Assembly: GCA_963669175.1 (NCBI GenBank)
Contig: OY769902.1
Coordinates: forward strand, 4,480,001-4,544,000
DNA from: a bacterium
GTDB lineage: Bacteria; Electryoneota; Electryoneia; Electryoneales; Electryoneaceae
DNA length: 64,000 nucleotides
Reading direction: 5' to 3'
The position numbers and the translations under genes were made by a program. Position 1 is the first letter of the stretch. Every line of letters starts with the position of its first letter. The notes under the pieces are model-generated. The model was not told where the DNA came from, searched no databases, and was given only the letters and a program-made list of their open reading frames with translations. This document shows positions 8,860-18,988 of the stretch, piece after piece.

Positions 8860-11433
8860 TTATTTTACCAACATAACTTTGTTTACCTGTTCCAGATGTC
8901 CGTGTATAGAGGTTCTGATCAAATACATCCCGCTGGCGAGTTCTGAACCGTCGAAGATGACATTGTTTGAACCGGAATTCATCACTCCATCTCGTAAAAC
9001 CGCCACTTGCTGCCCCAGAATATTATGTACTGTAATCCTGACTTTGCTTGTAACCGGCAGGTCAACCTTGAGCGATGTTTCCGGGTTGAAGGGATTGGGA
9101 TAGGGAGTGGAAATGCTGTATTCGCTGGGAAGTTCTGATTCTTCGACAGCCTGACTGTTCCAGGTAACCTGTACCGGGTCGCAGGCATAACCGGCATGTG
9201 GATAATAGGTATAAACAAGAAAGTAATAGTAACCGTATCCAGGTAAAGTCACCTCGTAAGTTCTTGTATTATCCGTAATTTCGGCAAGATGTGACCAGTT
9301 CATGGTTAGAGTAAAACTTTGCAGCGAAGTTGGGCCGTCAATGACTTCAGGTTCGGCCGTCCGGATACGGATCATCGGGTTTCCGCCAGCGCTCATATTC
9401 GTCCAACTGCCGTTTTCAAAGAAGACTGCCCAGCCGGGTTCCAGCGTACCATTATGGTCACGTCCGAGGTTTGCACCTTCCTCGTTCGCCCAGTCAACCG
9501 CCACCCAGGCAACACTGCCCGCATCCAGCTCTTTGACAATATCCGGCAGCTCAAACCAAAACCAGCCTGCCGATTCAGGGCTGAGAGTTGCTGATGTATA
9601 TACCGGCTCGCCGGGAAGATCGTCGCTGTCAAGGTAGAGCTGGAACCTGATTTCGGCAGATTCAATATTCTCGTCGTCAATGAAGTAAGCGCCAACAGCG
9701 GTAACGATCCTGTCCTCAGGAATTACGATTCTGCGTGCGACAGTGAAAGTGTCCGTATTCTGTGGAGGCGCCAGTGAGGATTCCGCGCTGCCGTCGTCCA
9801 GCGCAATTTCCTGATCATTAAAGAGTTGCCACCATTCCAATTGAACAGTACCTGCGCTTCGGTCGGTTAATTCTGCGTGAAAGAAACGTACCGCTTCACC
9901 TTCATACCAGTTGATACTGACTGCTTCTGAAGGGTAAGAATACGTATCCGTCCAATGCGATTTTACTGTGATCTCATATTCACCGAAATCTGCAAGAGTC
10001 ACAGAAAGTGTATTACTTTCGGTTGTGCCAAGCTGTTCATCGTTGGTAAAAACAGTATACCCGAGGAAATCGTCGGTTGTGTTTATACCGTCCCATTCAA
10101 CAACCAAAGTCCCGTTGGCAGGGTTAAGGGTTGCATGTACATTCTCCGGTGGTACAGCTTCGTAGCGGAATACCAGCTCTGCGTAACCCGGCATGACAAA
10201 ATCCGGGATTTCGACCGGTGTTGTTGTACAGACAGCGTAATGATCGTTCGTAAAATCAATTACCTGGAAATCGTCAATTGTGCCAGTGATTGCATTTGAG
10301 CGGAAATCCTCTGTTGCGAAGAAGAGCTCGTTCGGGCCTTCTTCTGCAATATGTTCATGTAAATCGGTAATGTCGAGCAACAGTACAGCGTCATCCGGAT
10401 AAGCACGACAGGTTGCCCGGTCATACCCCCAGTCGTAAAAATCGATAGAGTAGTCCGGGGCCCCGATATTGCCGATCCCGAAAGTATGGACAAGCTTGTA
10501 ACGATCCCCGTGGGTGATTTCCACACGTGCCGCCAGGGTTGGTTCGTAATCAATTTTATCTTCAGCGTAAATTGCAAAGCCACTGTTCATGGTTGCGCTT
10601 GCGATGGCTTCATAACTCATCCACCAGAAGCCCTCGTCACCCCAGCCTGTCCCCCAGGAATTGACCAGTTTGAAAGCGCCAACGCCGTCCGCGGTGACAT
10701 AGTCATCGTCAAACCCGACCACTGTGACGACATGACCACCGATCAGAGTACCGGAATGATCAGCGATACAGTACGTGTTATCGTAGTCTTCGATGTCCAT
10801 GAAGTTCTGAAAAACGTAAATATGGATCACCGCAATATTGCCATCCAGCAGGTGTTGTTTCAGGGCGTTTCGTCCGGTCTGAGTAAAGAGATTCAGGGAG
10901 TATGTTTCGTTGATACGGTATGTCATTGCGTCCCGGAATGTCGCCTCGCTGGGGAAGCTGAGGTAGTCACCTGCGCTATAGGGCATATCGGCCAGTGTCC
11001 CGCAGCCAAGCTTTTCGAAAACCTCAAAACCGTCGTAAGGTGTCGCACCGGCATCCTCACCACCGTTGATGGTGTTATACACAAAAGCCGGGCTCATGAT
11101 ATGTTCCGGCACGGTCAAATCCCAGCCGAATTCCTGCCCTTGCAGGTATGTCAGGTAATAGTAACCGGTCCCCCAGCCCGAACAACTGTTCTGCGAGGAT
11201 TGATTCCCTACCGGCGGCAGTCCTGCGGAATTGTCGCAGGATTCGTCCAGCTCGTCCAGTTCCAACGGTTGATCCATCAAGGGAGAAGGGTGTATCCACT
11301 CCGGCAGCGGTGTGTCCACAATGCCGCCGAGCCCAAATTGTGAATAATCACGCGCCAGGCAGGTTTGCGATGGTAGTGACAGAAAAACAAACAGAATAAG
11401 TCCAAGGACTGAATACAGAGTAACCTGCTTCAT
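8860..11433 (-). CDS. Secreted papain-family (C1) cysteine peptidase with C-terminal sorting domain
   Basis: Signal peptide from MKQVT; QNSCSGW, GGHVV, NSWG catalytic motifs; YPNPFNP...LASGMY tail. Confidence 0.88.
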   Translation of the reverse strand: MKQVTLYSVLGLILFVFLSLPSQTCLARDYSQFGLGGIVDTPLPEWIHPSPLMDQPLELDELDESCDNSAGLPPVGNQSSQNSCSGWGTGYYYLTYLQGQEFGWDLTVPEHIMSPAFVYNTINGGEDAGATPYDGFEVFEKLGCGTLADMPYSAGDYLSFPSEATFRDAMTYRINETYSLNLFTQTGRNALKQHLLDGNIAVIHIYVFQNFMDIEDYDNTYCIADHSGTLIGGHVVTVVGFDDDYVTADGVGAFKLVNSWGTGWGDEGFWWMSYEAIASATMNSGFAIYAEDKIDYEPTLAARVEITHGDRYKLVHTFGIGNIGAPDYSIDFYDWGYDRATCRAYPDDAVLLLDITDLHEHIAEEGPNELFFATEDFRSNAITGTIDDFQVIDFTNDHYAVCTTTPVEIPDFVMPGYAELVFRYEAVPPENVHATLNPANGTLVVEWDGINTTDDFLGYTVFTNDEQLGTTESNTLSVTLADFGEYEITVKSHWTDTYSYPSEAVSINWYEGEAVRFFHAELTDRSAGTVQLEWWQLFNDQEIALDDGSAESSLAPPQNTDTFTVARRIVIPEDRIVTAVGAYFIDDENIESAEIRFQLYLDSDDLPGEPVYTSATLSPESAGWFWFELPDIVKELDAGSVAWVAVDWANEEGANLGRDHNGTLEPGWAVFFENGSWTNMSAGGNPMIRIRTAEPEVIDGPTSLQSFTLTMNWSHLAEITDNTRTYEVTLPGYGYYYFLVYTYYPHAGYACDPVQVTWNSQAVEESELPSEYSISTPYPNPFNPETSLKVDLPVTSKVRITVHNILGQQVAVLRDGVMNSGSNNVIFDGSELASGMYLIRTSIHGHLEQVNKVMLVK

Positions 11434-11937
11434 AGTCCTTCCCTCCACTATGTAGCTACAGCCGGCTCGGTGAGCTATAACTTCAGGCAGCATTATCAAC
11501 GTAAAGAGCTGATGGATGATTCTCAAGATGGCACAGAGCAGGAATGGAAAGAATGTGGAATGAATTTTGGTTCAAATGTGGGGCAACAGAATTGAGGTGA
11601 AGTATTTTATGGCTGTTCACAAGAATTTGTACATACTATCGACGGGCGCGTTCCGTCAGGTCTTTGCGTGATGCCGTTTTCTTGTTTCTCTTCTGAATTT
11701 CAGACACCTGTCCAACTTCGCGCATGCAAAAACTATCATCAGGCATCACGTTGTGACCTGACGGCGAGAATGCTGATACAGGTAGCAGGTCACAACGCGA
11801 CAAAAACAGGGCGAAAGGTGGTTTTCGGTATCATCGTGCATTCTTGCAAGCATAACGAGCGCCGAAAGCGGGATGTCGCGTCAAGACCTGCCACAATATT
11901 GCCCGGATGCACAAATACATGTAGAGAATCATTTTTT

Positions 11938-13200
11938 TTATTCTGAGCTGGCTATTCCCGCCATACGTCCGGTTGAGAAAGCTGCCTGGAGATTATAGCC
12001 GCCTTTATCGCCATCCAGATCAAGAACTTCGCCGGCAAAATAGAGCCCGTGGACAAGTTTGGATTCCATCGTTTTCGGATGTATTTCCTTCAGATGAACG
12101 CCTCCGGATGTCACAAGCGCTTTGTTATAAGAACGGTGCCCTGTTATGCTGAACCTGGCTTCTTTTAACCAGCGCCGGAGACGTTTGCGCTCTTCTGCGG
12201 TCACCTGGTGTCCCAGTTTATCTGGGTCTATTCCATTCATTTTGAGGCAATATCCGATTATTCTTTCCGGTAGCAGCTCACGTAATATGTTGAATATTCT
12301 TTTTTTGCCAAACTTCTCGAGATAGTGCAGCAGTTTCATATCAAGTTGTTTTGCATCCATAGCCGGCGCCAGATCCAGGGTGATCTCCACCCTGGATTTT
12401 ACTTCCAGGGCCAGCACACACTGTTTGCTCATTTTGAGAATCGCTCTGCCACTCAAGCCCGTCCTGGTGAATTCAATCTGCCCACGTTCATCATTCACTT
12501 TTTTGTTATCAACCCAAAGGCAGACCTGCACATTTGGCATTTCGAGATCTTCTACTTCAGCGGGGATCTGTTCTTTCGTAACTAGCGGTACAAGTGCCGG
12601 GATAACAGGTGTTATTGTATGCCCAGCCTCCCTGGCCCAACGGTATCCGTCACCAGTTGAACCAGTTCCAGGATAACTCTTCCCCCCTGTAGCAACAATA
12701 ACTTTCGCTGCAAGAATATCTTCCGACCTGGAATTCCCTCTTTCAACAATGTTACATCTTATGCCTTCTATGGCGCCATTCTTGATCATAAGGCCTGCTA
12801 CTTCCACATCATTGCGGAAAATCACCTGGTTTTTAAGGTTATATCTCACCAGTGCATCCAGAACATCCTTCGCGTTTTGGCTTTTCGGAAAGATTTGTCC
12901 ATTATTCTCTTCCATTGTCGCTACACCCAGATCATGAAAAAGCTGAATTGTCTGATTCGGTGAAAACCCTTGTAACGCCTGACGAAGCCAGCGTCCATTT
13001 TTGCCGTAATGTCCATAATACTGTTCGATGGGCTCACTGTTGGTGATATTGCACCGTCCCATTCCGGTAAGGATGAGCTTCCGTCCCGGACGGTTCATCT
13101 TTTCCAGCAACAATACCCGGGCGCCACGTTCCGCGGCTGTTCCTGCGGCAACCAGTCCGGCCGCGCCCGCGCCGATGACAATGAGATCAAAATTTTGCAT
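11938..13200 (-). CDS. HI0933/YhiN-family flavoprotein oxidoreductase
   Basis: GAGAAG, GRCNITN, ATGGKSYPGTGSTGDGY, GGYNLQAAFSTG motifs. Confidence 0.92.
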   Translation of the reverse strand: MQNFDLIVIGAGAAGLVAAGTAAERGARVLLLEKMNRPGRKLILTGMGRCNITNSEPIEQYYGHYGKNGRWLRQALQGFSPNQTIQLFHDLGVATMEENNGQIFPKSQNAKDVLDALVRYNLKNQVIFRNDVEVAGLMIKNGAIEGIRCNIVERGNSRSEDILAAKVIVATGGKSYPGTGSTGDGYRWAREAGHTITPVIPALVPLVTKEQIPAEVEDLEMPNVQVCLWVDNKKVNDERGQIEFTRTGLSGRAILKMSKQCVLALEVKSRVEITLDLAPAMDAKQLDMKLLHYLEKFGKKRIFNILRELLPERIIGYCLKMNGIDPDKLGHQVTAEERKRLRRWLKEARFSITGHRSYNKALVTSGGVHLKEIHPKTMESKLVHGLYFAGEVLDLDGDKGGYNLQAAFSTGRMAGIASSE

Positions 13201-13486
13201 GGTTGAAGGTTCTCAACTGCTGATGAGTCGGTCTATCTCGCAATGCCAAAATAGCCATAACAACTTTGTATGTATAGGGTTTCTCGAGAATACTTGCTGT
13301 TTATACTGGTCGTAAACGTTCCTTGGTTCGAGTACTTATCATTATGAAATTCTTCCCTAATGGAGACTTTGCTGGACTGTTATTGTTCAAATCTGCTATC
13401 TACTAGTGCCAGTTTAGATCAAGTCTGAGTGTTGAGTCGTTTTTGAAAGTAGTGCGTATAAGGGGTAGGTTAACAAGGAGGTTCTG

Positions 13487-14032
13487 ATGTCTACCCCAGT
13501 GAAGCTTCGTTCTTTGACAGTCGATGAAGGTCATTCCCTTCAACGGATTCGTGATCGTAGTCCTGATCCCGTAGCCCGTCGCCGTGCGATGATTTTGTTG
13601 GCGACAGATACCGGCCTGTCCCCTGTGCAGCTTCAGCAGCAACGGATGGGGCATGCCAGTTACATCCGCAAGATCGTTCATGCTTTCAATGAACAGGGTC
13701 TTTCCTGTGTTGGCAGTCAGTACAAAGGCCAGAAGCCGCTCAAGTTCGATGCTGCTGTCCAGAAGCAGATCGTTGACGTTGTTGTTACGCCGCCAGACCA
13801 TCTCGGCTTACCCTTCGGCCAATGGTCCCTGGAGAAGCTTCGCGATTATCTGGTCGCAGAAGGCATCATCGAATCGATCAGCCTGCCGCACCTGCGCTGG
13901 TTGCTGCACAAGAATAAGATCAGCTATCAGCAGAGTAAGACATGGAAACAGTCTCCGGACCCCGAGTTTGACAGAAAAAAAAACGCATCCGACGTCTCTA
14001 TGACGCGCCGCCGAAGGCAAACCGGCGCGTGA
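13487..14032 (+). CDS. IS630 transposase OrfA (HTH part)
   Basis: RRAMILL, WSLEKL, KTWKQSPDPEF motifs; A9 run at 13975-13983. Confidence 0.88.
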   Translation: MSTPVKLRSLTVDEGHSLQRIRDRSPDPVARRRAMILLATDTGLSPVQLQQQRMGHASYIRKIVHAFNEQGLSCVGSQYKGQKPLKFDAAVQKQIVDVVVTPPDHLGLPFGQWSLEKLRDYLVAEGIIESISLPHLRWLLHKNKISYQQSKTWKQSPDPEFDRKKNASDVSMTRRRRQTGA

Positions 14033-14556
14033 TCTGCTTTGACGAGTTCGGGCCGCTGGAGATCCGGCCCCACGCGGGTGCGAGCTGGCATCCTCACAAG
14101 CAACCCGTCCGTCTGCCGGCTACCTATACGCGTACCCATGGCACGCGCTATCTGCTGGCAGCGTATGACATCCACAGTGATCAATTGTGGGGCTGGCAAC
14201 GTCCAAACCAGCGGTGGCCAGAGGTGTTGGCGTTCTTCAAAAACATTCGGAAACGTTATCCGTCCACTGTCCGGCTCTACATCATCCTCGACAACCGTGG
14301 CTCGCATAAAAAAGCAGAAATCAGACAATGGGCCAAACGAAACCGGGTCACGCTGGTCTTCACGCCGACCTATGCATCATGGCTGAACCGCATCGAAGCT
14401 CACTTCGCCGCATTGAAAAAATTCGCGCTACGAGGACGAACCTTCATGGACCATCAAGAACAGGGCCAAGCTATCCAGGCTTATCTGCGATACCGAAACA
14501 AACACAAGCTGAAAGGTCAGTCAGACCATCGCGATAAACGAGTTAACTTGATCTAA
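14029..14556 (+). CDS. IS630 transposase OrfB (DDE part, -1 frame)
   Basis: FDEFGPL, ILDN, TPTYASWLNRIE DDE motifs. Confidence 0.9.
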   Translation: MICFDEFGPLEIRPHAGASWHPHKQPVRLPATYTRTHGTRYLLAAYDIHSDQLWGWQRPNQRWPEVLAFFKNIRKRYPSTVRLYIILDNRGSHKKAEIRQWAKRNRVTLVFTPTYASWLNRIEAHFAALKKFALRGRTFMDHQEQGQAIQAYLRYRNKHKLKGQSDHRDKRVNLI

Positions 14557-14775
14557 AATGGCACTAGTATTAGCGGGCTTTAGCCCGCTCTTTTTAGCAC
14601 CCGGCTTCAGCCCTGTCTCTTACCCACATCTTCTGAAAGCTGTATCAGTAAAAGAGTTGTGGACATAGCATTTTTAGAATCCCGGCGGGATTCCCTATTT
14701 TAGCATAGTGTACAGGCCGTCTGTTTGGCCTGTACACTATGTCAGGTATTCTAACGAATAATCAACCCTGGAAGG

Positions 14776-16087
14776 CAGAACTGTCCGGTTTAACAGATCA
14801 TTTTTCTTGCTGACGTAGTGTCAGCCATATTCCGTTTTCGTTTTGTTCTTTGAGATTCTTGCCACGCATGGTTTATCGGCGTTTGCATCAACGCATGGAC
14901 AGCCAGGAACACCATCAGCCGATGAGCAGTGATTGCTTGATTGGGTGCTTGTTGCTCGATGATTCGCACCATCAGGTAGGCGATCATGGCGATCCAGACC
15001 TGGATCAACACTGCATTCATGTCGGTTCCCAGGTAGGTCTTGATCTTCAGGTTCTGCTTGATCCATTTGAAGAACAGTTCGATCTGCCAACGTTCCCGGT
15101 ACAGGTCGGCAATCACCAGCGCATCCACATCAAGCAGGTTGGTCAGGAACTCAAGATCGTTGCCGGTTTCGGGATCGACGAAGCGGATCAGGCGCAACGG
15201 TTCGGGGCAGTTAACGCCGCAATCGCCGTCGAGATAACCAATCCAGTCACGTCGAACACCTGCTTTTCGGTCGCAGTGACGTCGTTCTTCATACCCGAAG
15301 CCGATGTTACGCTTGATCCGCGTGACAAAGAAAACACCTTGGTTGCATAACTGGTAGAACCAAGCGCTATCGAAGTACCCTTTGTCGAACAAGACAGTAT
15401 CGCCTGGATGGAAGCGGAACTTTCGTCCCTGGGGCATATCGTGGCCTCGCGCGGCGGTCACCCTGATGACACTTGGGATGTAGCCATCATGATCGAGCTG
15501 GGTGTGCAACTTCATCCCGCCCTTGCGTGTTCTGTATTCAGCCCAGCCGAACAGGGTCTGACACAAGGGGATCACAGTGCTGTCCAAGCTGAACAGTTTT
15601 CCGGGCACATCGAACGTATGACGCGGAAATTGATCCTTGACTGTTGCGAACAGGCTGTAGAACAGATCGCGGTAGAACATCCAGGGAACACGAAGATTTG
15701 CCTCTGCAAGAGTAGAACGGGGCGTCTGGCGTATTCCACAGCGACGTTGTACAGGTGTCAAAGCTACCGTCGCCTGCTCAATCTGGCGGAGCGATGGCAG
15801 TCCGGCCAGTTGCGCGAAAAGCATAACCGCGAAGTGCGCGCGGGCCGTCATCTTCCGAACACCTTTGTTGACCTGATACTGCGTAGCAAGATTATCAAAG
15901 AGCACAGGTTCAATCAGGGCAAGCATTTGCCCCAGAACAATGTTACCTTTCGCCATGGCTTGGTCCTCCGGTCGTGGTGAGAAAACTTGTGCAAAAGCAA
16001 TCTCAACACACGAACCTCTGGATTCAAGCCATTATTATTTCAAGAGCTCCATGGCTCCATATGCAAATCACGAACCGGACAGTTCTG
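14776..16087 (-). mobile_element. IS4-family insertion sequence (1312 bp)
   Basis: Perfect 15-bp TIR CAGAACTGTCCGGTT; 9-bp duplication CCTGGAAGG at 14767-14775 and 16088-16096. Confidence 0.95.
14790..15956 (-). CDS. IS4-family transposase (DUF4372 + DDE)
   Basis: LDSTVI, FDKGY, YRERWQIELFFKWIKQ (YREK signature). Confidence 0.95.
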   Translation of the reverse strand: MAKGNIVLGQMLALIEPVLFDNLATQYQVNKGVRKMTARAHFAVMLFAQLAGLPSLRQIEQATVALTPVQRRCGIRQTPRSTLAEANLRVPWMFYRDLFYSLFATVKDQFPRHTFDVPGKLFSLDSTVIPLCQTLFGWAEYRTRKGGMKLHTQLDHDGYIPSVIRVTAARGHDMPQGRKFRFHPGDTVLFDKGYFDSAWFYQLCNQGVFFVTRIKRNIGFGYEERRHCDRKAGVRRDWIGYLDGDCGVNCPEPLRLIRFVDPETGNDLEFLTNLLDVDALVIADLYRERWQIELFFKWIKQNLKIKTYLGTDMNAVLIQVWIAMIAYLMVRIIEQQAPNQAITAHRLMVFLAVHALMQTPINHAWQESQRTKRKRNMADTTSARKMIC

Positions 16088-16721
16088 CCTGGAAGGGTTG
16101 CATAATACGCGATTCATATTAGTACGTTCAATAAATACAGGAAATAACGCATTTTATATTCTATACAAACCAATTGGGTGTAAATTATACGTTATGCAAC
16201 CCTTCCAGGGTTGAGATAAGGTTTGATCTTTTTCGTAGGGTAGACGCTAAACAGACAGCGTCAACCCTACGCTAAAATATACCACCCCCTCTGGGGTGGC
16301 AGAAACACGAAGATGTGAGCAAGAGACAGGGCTTCAGCCGGGGTGAAAAGATACTGAAAATCATTCTGAGCGCGCTTTAGCGTGCTTGCCTGTTACAAAT
16401 CCTGGTTCTGGAAAGCACCCTGAAGGGCGCTCGCCACTTCTAAATTGCCATGAACACCCCGGCTGAAGCCGGGTGCTAAGAAGAGCCTGCTGAAGCAGGC
16501 TGAAAACTGTTAAATCTACACAAACTTCAGGTAATCATAATAATATGGATAAATCTTCATTTCGAAGTAAAGGTCCGTTGCCGGGTTGCTGAGAACACAA
16601 AACGCGCCGTACCACTAAAAAAGTCATAGAAGCAAAAGCCCCTCTCACCACTTGACAGTATGCTGTCAATTTGGTAATATGCTGTCAAGTTTACTTCACA
16701 TCCAACAAGGGAGATTGCAGC

Positions 16722-17363
16722 ATGAATTCCGAAAACAAAACTGGTTTGAAAGATGTCCACTTGTTTGTGCTGGATACCATGGCAGACTGGGAGCCGGCAT
16801 TTGCTATCGCTCATATAAACCGACCCGCGCCAGGTGTAGCATCTGAATTCCGTGTGAAAACGGTTGGGATCGATCGAAAAATGATTCGATCTATGGGTGG
16901 GATAAACATTCAACCTGATATGTCTTTAGATGAGCTGACACCTGAGAAAAGCTCGATGTTGATCTTGCCCGGTTCAGAACTATGGACTGAAACATGTACA
17001 GATCCCGCACTTGCAAAAGCACAAGAGTTTGTAGATTCTGGAGTTCCGATTGCTGCCATCTGTGGCGCCACTTTTGGTCTTGCGCGAGTTGGGCTTCTGG
17101 ACAATCATCGTCACACGAGCAACGATCCCAATTGGCTTGCCTCGAGCGGATATCGTGGGATGGAAAATTACGTACTCGAACCGGCGGTTGATGATGATGG
17201 CATTATTACTGCCTCTGGGACTGCTTCACTCGAATTCGCCAAACTTATCCTCGGCAGGCTTGGAGTCGTTTCATTACCTGCACTAGCGCCTTGGTATAAC
17301 TTGTACAAAACAGGAGACCCTAAGTACTATTTTGAATTTATGGAGGCTTTGAGTCATGAATGA
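16722..17363 (+). CDS. DJ-1/PfpI family protein
   Basis: ADWE, ILPG, AAICGA, HTSN motifs; ATG 16722 after GGGAG. Confidence 0.9.
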   Translation: MNSENKTGLKDVHLFVLDTMADWEPAFAIAHINRPAPGVASEFRVKTVGIDRKMIRSMGGINIQPDMSLDELTPEKSSMLILPGSELWTETCTDPALAKAQEFVDSGVPIAAICGATFGLARVGLLDNHRHTSNDPNWLASSGYRGMENYVLEPAVDDDGIITASGTASLEFAKLILGRLGVVSLPALAPWYNLYKTGDPKYYFEFMEALSHE

Positions 17364-17826
17364 GCGGAACAGGTCATCCGTTGAAGTCGTAAACGGCATT
17401 GTATTAGACGTATTTAAGTTGAATGGCTATTTTGTCAAGGCGGCAGACTGTCTTACAAAAGGGAGTGAATTGACATCTGCGCGCTGGCAAGTCCTTGGCA
17501 CCGTCCTGCATGAGCAACATACAGTGCCAGAAATAGCGAGAAGTATGGGATTAACGCGTCAAAGTGTGCAACGTATTGCGGATAAACTTGTGTCGGATGA
17601 GTTGGCTGAGTTTCTACCGAATCCTGCACATAAACGCGCACAGCTCTTATCAAGTACCGAAAAAGGACTGAACTCGATAAAAACAATACGCCCCAAAGTT
17701 GTTTCATGGGCAGAAAAGGTGAATGAGCTAATCGGAGAAGGTGAGCTACATGATGCCGAAAAGGCAATCAAAACTCTCCTTGCAAAACTGATGGTAGCAG
17801 AGGAACAGCTTATTAAAAGGTGCTGA
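17356..17826 (+). CDS. MarR family regulator
   Basis: LTSARWQVLG...TVPEIAR.MGLTRQSVQR...NPAHKRA. Confidence 0.9.
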   Translation: MNERNRSSVEVVNGIVLDVFKLNGYFVKAADCLTKGSELTSARWQVLGTVLHEQHTVPEIARSMGLTRQSVQRIADKLVSDELAEFLPNPAHKRAQLLSSTEKGLNSIKTIRPKVVSWAEKVNELIGEGELHDAEKAIKTLLAKLMVAEEQLIKRC

Positions 17827-17896
17827 TTTTTGGGGAAGTAAATATAATTGGGGGTTAAGTAGAAACGGCGACAGTTCCATGTCGCCGATTATTGCT

Positions 17897-17920
17897 CCCC
17901 AGAAAGTTGCTTATAAAACT
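17897..17920 (+). repeat. CCCCAGAAAGTTGCTTATAAAAC end-like motif
   Basis: Related copies at 19941-19961, ~54210-54229, 54382-54404, and inverted at 54354-54373. Confidence 0.65.
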
Positions 17921-18055
17921 CTCTCTAAAATTTTTCGCGGCTTGTAACTTGTTGTTATTATGATACTCCAAAATCAACTTGGGAAAATATTGGTAATTTT
18001 CAATGTAGATTGACGCAAGCAAATTTATAACTAATTCAATTCTACAACTGTATAT

Positions 18056-18988
18056 CTACTTCTTCTCATTAAACAAATCAATTTGGGGTTTTCGTTGTTC
18101 ATTATCGGTTTGACCATAAATATCTTTAACGGATATTTCGAAGCGCTCAATTGCATCTCTGTGATTTTTCAAGAACCACTTCTTGTGATCAGTAAGATAT
18201 TTCTCTCTATGTTCTGCATTCCTTAAATCTAGCGGTACTCTTTCCATTCGAGGATCAATACTGTCAAATCCATTGAATTCTTTTTTCAAACGATCCTTTA
18301 TCGTCTTACCATAATCTGGATTAATTTCAATCCCAATTGCATCTCGGTCTGTCTGCTGGCAAACCCGCAAAGTGGTACCGCTTCCAGCAAAAGGATCTAA
18401 TATTCTATCACCAACATCCGAAGAAGCTAAAACCATTCTCTCGATTAAACCCTCAGGTTTTTGTGTAGGGTGATTTTGACGATTTCCATTGCAATAATGA
18501 ACATGCGAGAATTCCCAAACATCTCCAGGATTTGCACCTCTCATGTTATTTCTCTGGCGATAGTATTTTTGAGGGATGCGAATATCATCTAAATTAAATT
18601 TGTAACTCTTTGATTTCGAGAACATTAAAATATCATCATGTCGAGGCGAAAATCCTTTCTTCTTACCTATACCCTGAGTATAGTGCCAGACAATCCAGTT
18701 TACAAAGAACATTTTATTATCGCGATCAAGAATATCATAAAGGTATGATATAAAACGAAATCCCATGAAAACATACAAGGTACCTGTTTCTTTCAGAATT
18801 CTATTAGCCTCTGAAAGCCAGATTCTTGAAAACTCAAGGTATTCCTCGAATCCTCTAATATCGTGATTATTACCATAATCCTTCCCAAGGTTATAAGGAG
18901 GATCTGCAATAATAAGATCAATACTGCCAGACTCTATTGCTTTCATCTGTTCAGCAGCATCCCCAATGATGATATCAGTTTTACTCAT
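18056..18988 (-). CDS. Amino-DNA methyltransferase (beta class), M.HpaI-like
   Basis: DPPY precedes HPTQKP and DPFAGSGTT; overlaps the endonuclease stop. Confidence 0.92.
   Translation of the reverse strand: MSKTDIIIGDAAEQMKAIESGSIDLIIADPPYNLGKDYGNNHDIRGFEEYLEFSRIWLSEANRILKETGTLYVFMGFRFISYLYDILDRDNKMFFVNWIVWHYTQGIGKKKGFSPRHDDILMFSKSKSYKFNLDDIRIPQKYYRQRNNMRGANPGDVWEFSHVHYCNGNRQNHPTQKPEGLIERMVLASSDVGDRILDPFAGSGTTLRVCQQTDRDAIGIEINPDYGKTIKDRLKKEFNGFDSIDPRMERVPLDLRNAEHREKYLTDHKKWFLKNHRDAIERFEISVKDIYGQTDNEQRKPQIDLFNEKK

Larger units (their letters stand above)
13403..14567 (+). mobile_element. IS630-family insertion sequence
   Basis: Inverted ends CTAGTGCCAGTTTAGATCAAGT / ACTTGATCTAAAATGGCACTAG flanked by TA (true ends may be 3 bp further in if the TA of CTAG is the duplication). 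Confidence 0.92.
14613..16329. mobile_element. IS50-end MITE copy 2, interrupted by IS4
   Basis: CTGTCTCTTACCCACATCT ... AGATGTGAGCAAGAGACAG; duplication GGCTTCAGCC at 14603-14612 and 16330-16339; 1717-1312-9 = 396 bp. Confidence 0.9.
14572..16501. repeat. REPIN-like palindromic repeat, copy 2 (interrupted by MITE and IS4)
   Basis: AGCGGGCTTTAGCCCGCT ... AGCCTGCTGAAGCAGGCT with the same six-hairpin layout. Confidence 0.85.

Noticed and set aside
10486-11343. Long antisense ORFs (also 22814-23593, 32000-32773, 58408-59097)
   Set aside because: Shadow frames opposite well-supported genes, with no recognisable motifs
14790-15956. IS4 transposase as the mobiliser of the 396-bp MITE
   Set aside because: Its own TIRs and 9-bp duplication differ from those of the MITE
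15987-16214. Short ORFs inside the MITE/REPIN (also 30044-30229, 30362-30547)
   Set aside because: Not conserved in frame between copies and they cross element junctions
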